Assembly: GCA_964510405.1 (NCBI GenBank)
Contig: CAZEAX010000001.1
Coordinates: 1 to 48,135, forward strand
Direction: 5' to 3'
Source: an uncultured Streptomyces sp.
GTDB taxonomy: Bacteria; Pseudomonadota; Gammaproteobacteria; Burkholderiales; SG8-41
Length of the DNA: 48,135 bases
A program made the translations under genes and the position numbers. How positions within the stretch are numbered: the stretch's first letter is position 1; every line of letters starts with the position of its first letter. A model generated the notes under the pieces. It was not told where the DNA came from, made no database searches, and was given only the letters and a program-made list of their open reading frames with translations. Shown one piece after another: positions 32,683-42,886 of this stretch.

Positions 32683-33797
32683 CTAATTGAGCTGTATTCC
32701 CGTCGCCTTCACCAGCGTGTTGAGCCTTTCGTAATCCGCTTTGATGTTCGCCGCAAGCTGCTCCGGCGTGCCCGGTGTCGCGATCAAGCCCTGAGCCAGC
32801 AGCTTTGATTTCGCTTCGGGCTGCGCGAGAGCTCGCGCGATTTCCGCATTGAGACGCGCAATGACTTCGCGCGGCGTGCCCGCGGGTGCGAAGAGCGCGT
32901 ACCACGTGATCGAGACGAATCCCGGCAGCCCCGATTCGGCGATCGTCGGCACGTTCGGCAAAGGTTCGTAGCGCGTCGTACCCGAAACACCCAGGGCTTT
33001 CAACCTTCCGGAAATAATTTGCGGCAACACCGCGGCGTCGAGAAATCCCTGATTGGCGTGGCCGCCGATCAGGTCGGTGATCGCCGGCGCGGTGCCTTTG
33101 TACGGCACATGCGTCATGCGCGTGCCGGCGAGCAGGTTGAATTCTTCTTCCGCGATATGCTGGCCGCCGCCGGCGCCGCCCGATACTACATTGAGCCGGC
33201 CCGGGTGCGCTTTCGCGAGCGCGATCAGCTCACGCGCATTACGCGCCGGCACCGCCGGATGCGCAGAGAGAATATAAGGCGCCGTCACGAGGTTGCCGAC
33301 CGCAGCGATGTCGCGCGTTGGCACGTAGGGCAGATTGGGATTCGTCAGCGCCGCGGCGACGAGCGGGCCGCGTCCGCTCACGAGCAGCGTGTAACCGTCG
33401 GGCGCCGACTTCGCGACGTGATCGGTGCCGATACGCCGTTGCAGGGCGGAGCAGGGGACCCCTTCAGGGGATGCGACCCCGGAAACGTGCGCCGCGGACG
33501 CGTTTAATTCCACGGCGTCGTCTTCCGACTCGCGGACGTTCACATCCCGCAAGCGGGAGCCCTGTTCACTGCTCGCGTCCGGCCGCCCGCACCGGGGCGG
33601 TTATCGACGATCGCCGACACGTTCAAAGACGGCGCAAGCTGTTGTGCGATCGCGTGGCCGGTAATGTCGACACCGCCGCCGGCGGGATAGGGAACGACGA
33701 TGCGGACGGGTTTGGACGGATAAGCTTGCGCGTATAACGGCGACCCGTTCAGCACCAACGCAGCGCACACCAGCGGGCGGGCGTGACGCATCATCAT
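32683..33797 (-). pseudogene. TctC/Bug-family substrate-binding protein gene disrupted by a ~149-nt insertion
   Basis: The N-terminal piece (33797..33582) reads MMMRHARPLVCAALVLNGSPLYAQAYPSKPVRIVVPYPAGGGVD...VDNRPGAGG. The C-terminal piece (33432..32683) reads IGTDHVAKSAPDGYTLLV...HVPYKGTAPAI... The two pieces are in different frames, and a stop lies inside the intervening sequence. Confidence 0.8.
33433..33581. repeat. structured ~149-nt insertion interrupting the TctC gene (REP/MITE-like, identity unknown)
   Basis: The boundaries are inferred from where TctC homology stops and resumes. Nested hairpin: GGGG (33454..33457) pairs with CCCC (33477..33480), enclosing CCCC-ttca-GGGG. A second hairpin is TCCCGC-aa-GCGGGA (33545..33558). 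The inverted 8-mers are CGGACGCG (33495..33502) and CGCGTCCG (33574..33581). Confidence 0.45.
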
Positions 33798-34978
33798 CGC
33801 TGGCGCAAAAGTTGAATGCCGACCAGCAGCGCCGGCACGCCGCATACGACGAAGCCGATGCCGTAGCTGCCGGTCGTGTCGAGCAGGCCCGAATACATGA
33901 CGGGCAACGCCAATGCACCGACTTGGCCGAACGACAGGACGCCGCCCGTAACGCCGCCGCGCATGTCTTCAGGCGAGGCGCGCGCGGTTTCGGCCAGCAG
34001 AATGCCGTGCCACGACAAGGCGGTGACGCTGATCAGGCAGGAAACCATGCCGACGAGCAGCGCCGGCCAGCCGGCATCGCACAGCGCGAGCAGCGCAGCG
34101 CTTCCCGCCATGCCGAGCGAGAGCCCCGCCATCACGGCGCGCGGCGACACGTAGCGGCTGCCGATCCAGCCCCACAGGATGCGGCCGGGAATGGCGACCG
34201 CGACGGCAATGGAAAACATGAAGCCCGCAGCGACGGGCGTGTAGCCGATGGTCGTGAGATAGACGACGAAGTACGCGGTCACCACGGTCTGCGCGCCGTT
34301 GAACGCAAGGCAGGCGAACGACAGCGCGCGCAGGCGCGGCGTGGCGAGCACCGCATTCAGCGTCGATTTGAAGTCCGACAGCTTGAACACGCGCGTCGGC
34401 ACGCGATCGTCGTCGAAGATTCCGCGCAGCGGCTGCAGCATCACGGCGAAAACGAGGCAGGCTGCCGCGCTGAGCAGCATCGTCGTGCGCCAGCCGGTCC
34501 ACTCGGTGAATTGCGGCGCGAGCACGCCGGCAAGCAACAGGCCCACGGGCACCGCGGTTTGCTTGATCGAGAACACGAGCGGCAGATATTGCGGCGGCGA
34601 GCAGCGGGAGAGCAAATGCGAGCTCGTCGGCGTCGATACCGCGGCGCCGCCGCCGCCGACAATCGCTGACAGGACGAGAAACGCGGGCGAACCGAGCGTG
34701 AGGAGTGCGATGCCGGCGGCGAGCAGCAGCAGCGCAACCTGGCTCATGCGCAAAGCGCCGTGGCGCACGATAAAGCTGCCGCAGCCGAGTTGCGAGAAGA
34801 GCGCGGCGACGGCCGTGAGTCCGAAATAGATGCCGATCCACGACGGCGCCAGGTTCAGGTCCACGATGATCGCCGGCGCGATCACCGCAGGCAGCGATTT
34901 GCCGAGCGAGACGAAAGTCTGCTGCAGGAACATCGCGCCCAGGGCAAGCATCAGGTGATTCGCGGGGCGCTCGGTCAA
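33794..34978 (-). CDS. MFS transporter
   Basis: 394 aa, highly hydrophobic, with about 12 TM segments. Its stop overlaps the ATG of the disrupted TctC gene (ATGA at 33794..33797). Confidence 0.88.
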   Translation of the reverse strand: MTERPANHLMLALGAMFLQQTFVSLGKSLPAVIAPAIIVDLNLAPSWIGIYFGLTAVAALFSQLGCGSFIVRHGALRMSQVALLLLAAGIALLTLGSPAFLVLSAIVGGGGAAVSTPTSSHLLSRCSPPQYLPLVFSIKQTAVPVGLLLAGVLAPQFTEWTGWRTTMLLSAAACLVFAVMLQPLRGIFDDDRVPTRVFKLSDFKSTLNAVLATPRLRALSFACLAFNGAQTVVTAYFVVYLTTIGYTPVAAGFMFSIAVAVAIPGRILWGWIGSRYVSPRAVMAGLSLGMAGSAALLALCDAGWPALLVGMVSCLISVTALSWHGILLAETARASPEDMRGGVTGGVLSFGQVGALALPVMYSGLLDTTGSYGIGFVVCGVPALLVGIQLLRQR

Positions 34979-35020
34979 TTCACTCCTTCCATCCGCCGTA
35001 AAGTCCGGCGACGCTGCCGG

Positions 35021-36709
35021 TTATTTTTGCTCTGTCCCGTTCGTTGCGCGGTATCCGTAAACCGCTTGTGCTTCGTCCGCCGACACCAGTCCGTACTCGA
35101 CATCTCGCGCAACTTTTTCGCGCGTGCGTTTTTTCGGATCGCCGATGCCCCCGCCGCCGGGCGTCTCCACGACCACGCGATCGCCGGCCGGTATCACCTG
35201 GCGGCCGAAACCGCGCAGGGTCGCGCCGGATTTCAATGACAACCGTCCGGCGCCGCCGCTTTTGCCGCCGGCGCTGCCGCGCGCCGCGTGCACGATGCGG
35301 TCGAAAGTCGCGGAGATGATCATCGGCGCGTCGTCGCCGTTGGCGATTTCCATGATCTGCCCGAGGCCGCCGCGGTGCTCGCCGGCGCCGCCGGAATCGG
35401 GCCGGTACTCTTTCTTCCAGTACACGACGGGCGACAGCGTCTCCATAATCTCCACCGCGACGTTGCGGATGCCGCTCGGAAACGACGTGACGGACAGCCC
35501 GTCCTTGCCGGGGCGCGCGCCGGTGCCGCCGGTGTTGAAGCCCACGACGTTGAAGCGCGTCTTGCCTTTGAGTTGTTCGGGATCGACGCCCTTGAACGTC
35601 TGGCCGCCGGCGAGCCGCACGTTCCACAACGACGACGTGCCTTCCGCCGGCACCTGGTCGGGCCGCGCCTGGTGCAGGCAGCCGAACACGACGTCGGGCA
35701 GCATCTGGCCGATGGTCGAGCGCGCCGCGACCGCGAGCGGGAAGGGCGCGTTGACGATCGAGCCTTCGGGCGCGGTTACGCGCACGACGGACAACGAGCC
35801 CGCGTTGTTCGGAATATGGCCGCCGATGATGCAGCGCACGCCGAACGACGTGTACGCGTCGGTGTACGACTTCGGCACGTTGATGCCGTTGGTGACGCAC
35901 GGGCTGGTGCCGGTGAAATCGATGTCGATGCCGGATTTCGCAATCGTGAGCCTGCCTTTGAGCGTGATCGGCGCGTCGTAGCCGTCGATCGTCATCGAGT
36001 AAGACCAGCTTCCCCGCGGCCACTCGCGCGCCGCGGCCAGCATCGCCGCGCGCGAGCGCTGGATGATGTGCGCGCCGAGTTTTTCGATGCCCTGCAATTT
36101 ATACTCGTCCATCATCGCAAGCAGGCGGCGGCCGCCGATTTCGTTGCACGCGACGAGCGCGTACAAATCACCTTCGACCTGCACCGGTTCGCGCACGTTC
36201 GCGCGCACGACGCGCAGCATCGTGTCGCTCACGACGCCGCGGTCGACGAGTTTCAGCGGCGGCAGGAACAGGCCTTCGTGATATACCTGCGTGCCGTCGG
36301 CGGAGAGCCCGAGCCCGCCGATGTCGACCACGTGCACGGTAGACGCGAACAGCGCGACCATGCGCCGGCCTTTGAAAACCGGCGTCACCATCGTCATGTC
36401 GTTGAGATGACCCGTGCCTTTCCACGGATCGTTGGTCAGGAACACGTCGCCCGGATACATCGTGCCCGCCGGATATTCGTTGAGGAAATGCCTGACGGAT
36501 TCCGCCATCGAGTTCACGTGTCCCGGCGTGCCGGTCACCGCCTGCGCGACCATGCGGCCGTCGGGCAGGAAGACACCGGCGGAAAGATCGCCGGCTTCGC
36601 GCGTCGCCGCGCCGAACGCAGTGCGCACCAGCGTCTGCGCCTGCTCTTCGACGACCGAGATCAGACGGTTCCACATCACCTGCATGTGAAGGTCGGCGAG
36701 TTTGCTCAC
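35021..36709 (-). CDS. hyuB: hydantoinase/oxoprolinase family, B (HyuB-like) subunit
   Basis: A GTG at 36709 overlaps the hyuA stop (GTGA); an alternative ATG lies at 36685. Motifs include MQVMWNRLISVVEEQ and FLTNDPWKGTGHLND, with GGGGIGDP near the C-terminus. Confidence 0.88.
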   Translation of the reverse strand: MSKLADLHMQVMWNRLISVVEEQAQTLVRTAFGAATREAGDLSAGVFLPDGRMVAQAVTGTPGHVNSMAESVRHFLNEYPAGTMYPGDVFLTNDPWKGTGHLNDMTMVTPVFKGRRMVALFASTVHVVDIGGLGLSADGTQVYHEGLFLPPLKLVDRGVVSDTMLRVVRANVREPVQVEGDLYALVACNEIGGRRLLAMMDEYKLQGIEKLGAHIIQRSRAAMLAAAREWPRGSWSYSMTIDGYDAPITLKGRLTIAKSGIDIDFTGTSPCVTNGINVPKSYTDAYTSFGVRCIIGGHIPNNAGSLSVVRVTAPEGSIVNAPFPLAVAARSTIGQMLPDVVFGCLHQARPDQVPAEGTSSLWNVRLAGGQTFKGVDPEQLKGKTRFNVVGFNTGGTGARPGKDGLSVTSFPSGIRNVAVEIMETLSPVVYWKKEYRPDSGGAGEHRGGLGQIMEIANGDDAPMIISATFDRIVHAARGSAGGKSGGAGRLSLKSGATLRGFGRQVIPAGDRVVVETPGGGGIGDPKKRTREKVARDVEYGLVSADEAQAVYGYRATNGTEQK

Positions 36710-38802
36710 GATCGTTTCCCTTTGCGCTTGTCGAGCACGATGTGTCCGGCGCTGTTGACCGCCGCGTCGAAATTCGCGGTGACGATCACGGTGGTCTGGT
36801 CTTCGACGATCAGCGCGGGACCGGTGGCGCGCGCACCGCCGGCGAGCGCCGCGCGTTCGTATACGGGAACCGTGCGCCATTGCGCGAGCGTGGGCTCGAA
36901 GATGCGCCGCTTCCCTGCCGGACGCGCGCTTTTGCGCGGCAGCGCGCGCGCTTTCGCTGCGCGCTTAACCCTGGTCGACACGGTAACCGACCAGCTCATG
37001 ATCTCGACGTCCATGTTGGGCACGGTGCGCCCGTAGAGCACGCGATAGGCTTCATCGAAGCGGCGTTTCAGGTTCGCGGTGTCTTTGGCGGCGAGCTTGC
37101 CGGATGGCAGCATCACCGCGATTTCGTGGCCCTGGCCCGCGTAGCGCATGTAGGCAACGCGCGTCGCCGCCAGCGGTGCGTTGCCCGCGGCAGTGCGCAC
37201 GACCGCGGTCGCCTGCTTCGTCATTTCGTCGAGCAGCCGGTTCGCGTGCGCGACGTCGAGTTTCGCGATGAACTGGTACCAGCTGCGCACCGCCTGAAAT
37301 GCGACCGGTGCGGTGAGGAATCCGAGCGCCGAGCCCACGCTCGCGCCGACCGGGATGACTACGCGCGTAACACCCAGCTTGTCCGCGAGCCGCGCGGCAT
37401 GCAAGGGCGCGGCGCCGCCGAATGCGATCACGGTGTAGTTCTCGACCGTCTTGCCGAGTTCCATTGCGTGCACGCGCGCGGCATTCGCCATGTTCTCGGT
37501 GACGATTTCGGTGATGGCGAGCGCGCCTAACGCGGTATCGACTTTGAGCGGCTTCGCAATGTCGCGGGTGACCGCCGCCTCCGCCAGCCCGGTTTCGAGC
37601 GCGACGCGGCCGCCGGCAAAGCGTTGCGGGTCGAGCAAACCCATCGCGCAATCGGCATCGGTCACGGTTGCGTGGTCGCCGCCGCGCGCGTAACACGCGG
37701 GACCCGGCTCGGAGCCCGCGCTGTCGGGCCCGACCTGCACGCGTTCGAGATCGTCGACGCGCGCGATCGAGCCGCCGCCCGCGCCGATTTCGACCATCTC
37801 GATCACCGGGATGCGGATCGGCAGCCCGCTGCCTTTGAGAAAACGGTACATGCGCCCGAATTCGAAGCTGCGTGAAATTTCCGGTTCGTATTCGTCGATG
37901 AAGCAGATCTTCGCGGTGGTGCCGCCCATGTCGAACGACAACGCGCAATGCGCGCCGCAACTCTCGGCGACGGTGCGCGCGAGGATCGCGCCGCCGGCGG
38001 GGCCCGATTCGACGAGGCGCACGGGCTCCGCCGCGCCCATCGCGAGCGTGCACAGCGCGCCGCCTGACGTCATCAGGTAAACCGGGCAGCGGATGCCCAT
38101 CGTGTTGAGACGCGTCTGCAGCCGGTTCAGATAGCCCGCCATCACCGGTTGCACGTAGGCGTTCGCGCACGTGGTCGAGATGCGCTCGTATTCGCGGATT
38201 TCCGGGCACACGTCCGACGACAGCGTGACCCACAGTTCGGGCAGCGCGCGCTTCAGAATGTCTTTCGCGCGCTGCTCGTGAAGCGGGTTCGTGAAACTCT
38301 GCAGAAACGCGATGGCGACGCTTTCGATGCCCTGGCGCTTGAGCGTCGGCGCCAGCGCTGCGACCGCGGCTTCGTCGAGCGGCAGCAGCACGCGGCCTTT
38401 GGCATCGATGCGTTCGGGCACCGGCAGGCGCAGATGACGCGGCACCAGCGGCGCCGGCTTGTCGATAAAAATATCGTACTGCGCGAAGCGGTGCTCCCAG
38501 CCGATTTCGACGAGATCGCGGAAGCCTTCGGTGGTCACGAGCGCGGTCCTCGCACCCTTGCGCTCGATCAACGCGTTGGTCGCGAGCGTGGTGCCGAGGA
38601 TGAAGAGATCGAGCGCGTCGGGGGCCAGCGCGGCCTCGGCGAGAATTTCGCGCACGGCGGCGATCACCGCATCTTCCGGCGCGCGCGGCGTGGTGAGCAC
38701 TTTGCCGGTCCACTGCCGGCCGCGCGCCTCGAGCACGATGTCGGTGAAAGTGCCGCCGATATCGACGGCGAGACGCGCACCCGCTGGTTTTGCTGCTGAC
38801 AT
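36706..38802 (-). CDS. hyuA: hydantoinase/oxoprolinase family, A (HyuA-like) subunit
   Basis: Contains RLAVDIGGTFTD near the N-terminus and LSFDMGGTTAK. The start is taken at ATG 38802 (MSAAKPAG...), and an alternative ATG at 38829 is possible. The SD is weak for both. Confidence 0.88.
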   Translation of the reverse strand: MSAAKPAGARLAVDIGGTFTDIVLEARGRQWTGKVLTTPRAPEDAVIAAVREILAEAALAPDALDLFILGTTLATNALIERKGARTALVTTEGFRDLVEIGWEHRFAQYDIFIDKPAPLVPRHLRLPVPERIDAKGRVLLPLDEAAVAALAPTLKRQGIESVAIAFLQSFTNPLHEQRAKDILKRALPELWVTLSSDVCPEIREYERISTTCANAYVQPVMAGYLNRLQTRLNTMGIRCPVYLMTSGGALCTLAMGAAEPVRLVESGPAGGAILARTVAESCGAHCALSFDMGGTTAKICFIDEYEPEISRSFEFGRMYRFLKGSGLPIRIPVIEMVEIGAGGGSIARVDDLERVQVGPDSAGSEPGPACYARGGDHATVTDADCAMGLLDPQRFAGGRVALETGLAEAAVTRDIAKPLKVDTALGALAITEIVTENMANAARVHAMELGKTVENYTVIAFGGAAPLHAARLADKLGVTRVVIPVGASVGSALGFLTAPVAFQAVRSWYQFIAKLDVAHANRLLDEMTKQATAVVRTAAGNAPLAATRVAYMRYAGQGHEIAVMLPSGKLAAKDTANLKRRFDEAYRVLYGRTVPNMDVEIMSWSVTVSTRVKRAAKARALPRKSARPAGKRRIFEPTLAQWRTVPVYERAALAGGARATGPALIVEDQTTVIVTANFDAAVNSAGHIVLDKRKGKRS

Positions 38803-38936
38803 TCGGAGGGATCCCGGGGAATGTGCCATGCGCCATGGCATGGCTTCATTAATGGAACGATTATAATCAATCGGCGATTCAGCGCACATGCGCGAGGCGC
38901 GTGCAAGCTGCAGGAGAACATGTGTCACTCGTGAAA

Positions 38937-39947
38937 ATGGTCGAAGTCCGGCGCGGCGAACTCGTCGAAAGCGTGCATCACGGCGTGGCGGCGGTCGCCA
39001 ACGCCGCGGGCGAAATCGTCGAAGGCTGGGGCGATATATCGCTCGTCACGTATCCGCGTTCGGCGTTGAAACCGGTCCAGGCGATCGCGCTCATCGAGAC
39101 CGGCGCCTATCACGCGCGCGGATTGACGCCGCGCCATTTGGCGCTGGCGTGCGCTTCGCACCGCGGCGAACCGTTCCACACGGAGTTGGCGAGCGGCTGG
39201 CTGGCGGATCTCGGGCTCGATCAAAGCGCGCTCGCTTGCGGCCCCGATCACCCGGCCGACGAAGCCAGCGCCACCGCGGCGATCCTCGCCGGGCATCCCG
39301 TGCAACGCATTTATCACAACTGCTCGGGCAAGCATTGCGGGTTTCTGACCGTCGCCAAACATCGCGGCTGGGAGGTCGCAGGTTACGACCGGCTCGAGCA
39401 CCCGACCCAGCAGCTCTACCTGGACGCCTTGTCCGAACTCGCCGGCCGCGACGCGCGCGCGCTGCCATTCGGCGTCGACGGCTGCGCGCTGCCGGCGGCG
39501 GCGTTGCCGGTGAAGGAGATGGCGGTAATGATGGCGCGGTTCGCGGCCGCGCGGGTTGCCTCGGCTGCGCGCAGGGCAGCGATCCTCGCGATCCACGAGG
39601 CGATGCGCGGGCATCCCGAATATATTTCCGGCACGGATCAAGCCGGCGTGCACCTCGCGCGCGTAACCAAGGGCCGTATCATTATGAAGACCGGCGCCGA
39701 GGGATTTCTCACGGCGTACGTGCCGCAACAGGGCGTGGCCGCCGTCTTGAAGATTGCCGACGGCGAAGCGCGCGCCCGCGTGCCCGCGTTGATTGCACTG
39801 CTGTCGGCGGTCGGGCTGCTCGACGCTGACGAGCAGCGCGAGCTCGGGCGGTTCGCCGAGCCGCCGGTCTTGAATAGTGTGGGGGCACAGGTCGGCGGCA
39901 TCTGCGCGTGCGATCTGGCGGATTCTCGGCGCAGCGTTCAGTCCTGA
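38937..39947 (+). CDS. asparaginase-II-like (PF06089-type) protein
   Basis: Motifs include MVEVRRGELVESVHHG, YPRSALKPVQA, the signature YHNCSGKHCGFL and MKTGAEG. An alternative GTG start lies at 38922. Confidence 0.82.
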   Translation: MVEVRRGELVESVHHGVAAVANAAGEIVEGWGDISLVTYPRSALKPVQAIALIETGAYHARGLTPRHLALACASHRGEPFHTELASGWLADLGLDQSALACGPDHPADEASATAAILAGHPVQRIYHNCSGKHCGFLTVAKHRGWEVAGYDRLEHPTQQLYLDALSELAGRDARALPFGVDGCALPAAALPVKEMAVMMARFAAARVASAARRAAILAIHEAMRGHPEYISGTDQAGVHLARVTKGRIIMKTGAEGFLTAYVPQQGVAAVLKIADGEARARVPALIALLSAVGLLDADEQRELGRFAEPPVLNSVGAQVGGICACDLADSRRSVQS

Positions 39948-39958
39948 AAGATGCCGCC

Positions 39959-40765
39959 ATGCCATTCATGACGACCGGCGATGGCTTACGCATCGCCTAT
40001 ACGGTCGACGATTACACCGATCCGTGGACTGCGCCGCCGACGTTGATTCTGCTGCATTCGGCGATGAGCAGCTCGCGGCGGCTGTACGCGATGGTGCCGC
40101 ATCTTGCGCGCAAGTATCGCGTCGTGCGCATGGATTTGAGAGGTCACGGCGATTCCGCAGTGCCGCGCGCCGATCAGCCGCTGACGCTGGCGCGCCTCAC
40201 GCAGGACTTGCTCGAATTGCTCGATCACTTGAAGGTCGACGCCGCGCATTTGCTCGGCGTGTCGGGCGGCGGCTATGTCGCGCAGCAGGTCGCGATCCAT
40301 CACCCGGCGCGGGCGCTGAGCATACTCTTGTTCGCGTCGCGGCCGGGCTTCAAGGACAGCAAGGGTGCAACGTGGATTCCGGAAATGGAGCGCATAGGCC
40401 TGCGCGCTTTTATCGAGAAGACCCTCGAAGAGCGCCTGCCCGTGCATGAGCTCGATGCGGCGCAGATCGAATGGTTTCTCGACGAGATCGCGCGCAACGA
40501 CGAAGCGTTCGTCAAGCGCTTCGTGCTCTACATGACGACGCAGTACTGGATGGACGACGTCGCGCGCATAACCTGCCCGACGCTGCTGGTCGCGCCGGCC
40601 GGCGACGCGATCGGCAACGCGGGTGCGTATTCGCAGATGCAAAAACTGATCAAAGGCAGCGAGCTCGTCACATACGACGCCGCGAACCACAATATCTGCG
40701 ACTATCTGCCCGACCGCTGCGCGCGGGACGCGCTCGCTTTTCTGCAGCGTAAATTTCCGCGGTGA
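39959..40765 (+). CDS. alpha/beta-fold hydrolase
   Basis: Motifs include LILLHSAMSS and DLRGHGDS. The nucleophile elbow is LGVSGGGYVA (GxSxG). Length 268 aa. Confidence 0.87.
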   Translation: MPFMTTGDGLRIAYTVDDYTDPWTAPPTLILLHSAMSSSRRLYAMVPHLARKYRVVRMDLRGHGDSAVPRADQPLTLARLTQDLLELLDHLKVDAAHLLGVSGGGYVAQQVAIHHPARALSILLFASRPGFKDSKGATWIPEMERIGLRAFIEKTLEERLPVHELDAAQIEWFLDEIARNDEAFVKRFVLYMTTQYWMDDVARITCPTLLVAPAGDAIGNAGAYSQMQKLIKGSELVTYDAANHNICDYLPDRCARDALAFLQRKFPR

Positions 40766-40766
40766 T

Positions 40767-41726
40767 TCAGTCCATGGTCACGTTCGCCGTCTTCGCGACG
40801 CGAAACCACTTCTCCGACTCGGCGGCGTAGTAAGCGGCGAATTGCTCCGGCGTATTCCCCACGGCGACGCCGCCGAGTTCGAGCACTCTTTCCCGCAGCG
40901 CAGGAGTCTTCAGCGCTTTGGCGAGTTCGTCGCTGACGTGGCGCCGCTGTTCGAGCGGCACGCCGGCCGGCATCGAAATGCCCTGCCATGAACTCGCGTC
41001 GTAACCTTTCAATCCCGATTCGGCTACGGTCGGCACCTTCGGCAAAACGGGAAAGCGGTCCTTCGTCGAGACGGCGATCGCGCGCAGCCGGCCTTCTTTC
41101 ACGAAAGGCATGACGCCGACCGCGGGCGCGAACGCAACTTCGACGCGGCCCGCGAGATGATCGACCATCTGCGCGCCGGCGCCCTTGTAGGTGATCAGCG
41201 CGACGTCGACGCCCGCCTGCTGTTTCAGGAGCTCCATTGCGAGATGCGGGCTCGCGCCGCCGCCGCTCGATGCGTAGTTGAGCGCGCCGGGCCGGCGTTT
41301 GGCGAGCGCGATCAATTCGCCGAGGTTTTTTACCGGCAGCGCAGGATGCACAAGCAGCAGCATCGGCACGGTGGCGACCAGCGTCACGTGCGAGAAATCC
41401 TTCAGCGAATCGTAGCCGGCGTTGTTCGACAGGCGCGATGCGATCGTTTGCGCCGGCGCCACCATGCACATCGTGTAGCCGTCGGGCGGCGCTTTGGTGC
41501 ACAGCGCGGTCCCGATGTTGCCGCTCGCACCCGGGCGGTTGTCGGCGATCACGTTGACGCCCCACGCGTCGGTCAGCGCTTTCGCGACGATGCGGCCCAG
41601 CGTGTCGGTCGCGCCGCCGGGCGGGTAGGAGAGGATGAAGCGAACAGGTTTTGCCGGATAACTCTGTGCATGCGCGGCGGCCGTAAAAGTTGACGCAATC
41701 AGACAGCTAATGAAGAAGTGCTTCAT
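40767..41726 (-). CDS. TctC/Bug-family substrate-binding protein
   Basis: Signal peptide, then AQSYPAKPVRFILSYPPGGATD, DNRPGASGNIG, PDGYTMCM and TYKGAGAQM. Confidence 0.9.
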   Translation of the reverse strand: MKHFFISCLIASTFTAAAHAQSYPAKPVRFILSYPPGGATDTLGRIVAKALTDAWGVNVIADNRPGASGNIGTALCTKAPPDGYTMCMVAPAQTIASRLSNNAGYDSLKDFSHVTLVATVPMLLLVHPALPVKNLGELIALAKRRPGALNYASSGGGASPHLAMELLKQQAGVDVALITYKGAGAQMVDHLAGRVEVAFAPAVGVMPFVKEGRLRAIAVSTKDRFPVLPKVPTVAESGLKGYDASSWQGISMPAGVPLEQRRHVSDELAKALKTPALRERVLELGGVAVGNTPEQFAAYYAAESEKWFRVAKTANVTMD

Positions 41727-41732
41727 CGGTGA

Positions 41733-42719
41733 TTACGGCAGCTCGACGAACGTGCCGCGCCCCGTGCGTTCGGCTTCGCGCAGCGCGTAGGCGGAGAAAG
41801 CGACGTCGCCGGTTGCGATGCCCTGCACGATCGCGAGCACGCGATCGGATGCGGCGAGGCGGCCGGGCTTTTTGCCCGCGACCACATCGCAGGTCAGGGC
41901 GTCGATCCGCGCGGCAAAAGTTGCGCGCGACAAATGGCCCTGCGCGATCCACGCGCCGCCGTCGCCGACCTCGGAGGCGAAATCGGGATCGTCGACGACC
42001 AGCCGTTCGCATTCCTGGAAAACGCCGAATTCGAGTTCGTTGCCGCCGCCCATCGAGCACACGACGGCGCCGCGCTTGACTGAGCCGGCGGCGACGAATG
42101 GTTCGCGCGCGGCGGTGACGGTGATGACGACGTCGGCGCCGTCGATCGCGCGCGCGGCGGCAGGCTCCTCGCGCACCGGGAACGCAACGCGCGGTGCGTG
42201 TGCGGACACGAAAGCGCTCACGCTTTCGCCGCGCCGCGAATAGACGCGCAGTTCGCGGATTGCCAGCGCCGAGGCGAGCATCGGCACCAGCTCGTGCGCG
42301 ATCTTGCCCGTGCCGCAGAGCGCGACGGCGAGCGGCCCCGGATTGACGAGCGCTTCGAGCGTTGCCGTGCCGAAGGCGGCGGTGCGAATGCGGCTGATCC
42401 ACAGTTCCGGCACGAGTCCCGACAGCGCGAGGCTCTCGTGTTGGTAAACGGCGGTGTAGTTGAAAGCGTCGGGATCGGTCGCCGAGCGCCGCGAGATCAG
42501 GCGAATTCCCGACGCGCCGAGATGGCCGACGGTTGCCGCCTTGAATTTGAAACGGCCGGCGCCAAAGCGCGTCGCGTCGAGCGCCATCGACGACGGAGCC
42601 GACAGCTCGCTGGCGCCGGCCGCCTGATCGCGCAAGGTTGCGCGCGCAAGGTCGAGCGCACGCGCGCTGTCGATCGCGGCGCGTACATCATGTTCGCTCA
42701 ATATGCGGATGCCGGGCAT
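41733..42719 (-). CDS. ornithine cyclodeaminase/mu-crystallin family protein
   Basis: 328 aa. The N-terminus MPGIRILSEHDVRAAID is OCD-like. The Rossmann segment is VALCGTGKIAHELV. Confidence 0.85.
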   Translation of the reverse strand: MPGIRILSEHDVRAAIDSARALDLARATLRDQAAGASELSAPSSMALDATRFGAGRFKFKAATVGHLGASGIRLISRRSATDPDAFNYTAVYQHESLALSGLVPELWISRIRTAAFGTATLEALVNPGPLAVALCGTGKIAHELVPMLASALAIRELRVYSRRGESVSAFVSAHAPRVAFPVREEPAAARAIDGADVVITVTAAREPFVAAGSVKRGAVVCSMGGGNELEFGVFQECERLVVDDPDFASEVGDGGAWIAQGHLSRATFAARIDALTCDVVAGKKPGRLAASDRVLAIVQGIATGDVAFSAYALREAERTGRGTFVELP

Positions 42720-42886
42720 GCGGCGTGATTATCACATCATCGAGGCCGCGAATGAAGATTGCACGTTTCGGTGCATGCTTTGCACGCTGCCGGTGCGCGC
42801 GAATGCATTGCCGCGCATGCGTGCTTGTGCGATCATCGATCACGCTTCAACTCGTTCAATTCCACTTCGGCGCCCGCACTGTCCCC

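Noticed and set aside
33433-33581. The insertion in the TctC gene as a hammerhead/twister-type ribozyme or a group II intron remnant.
   Set aside because: The CUGAAGG and GGAAAC strings do not fit the hammerhead core (CUGANGA...GAAA) in the proper stem context. At 149 nt it is far too short for a group II intron and lacks a GUGYG 5' end at the inferred boundary.
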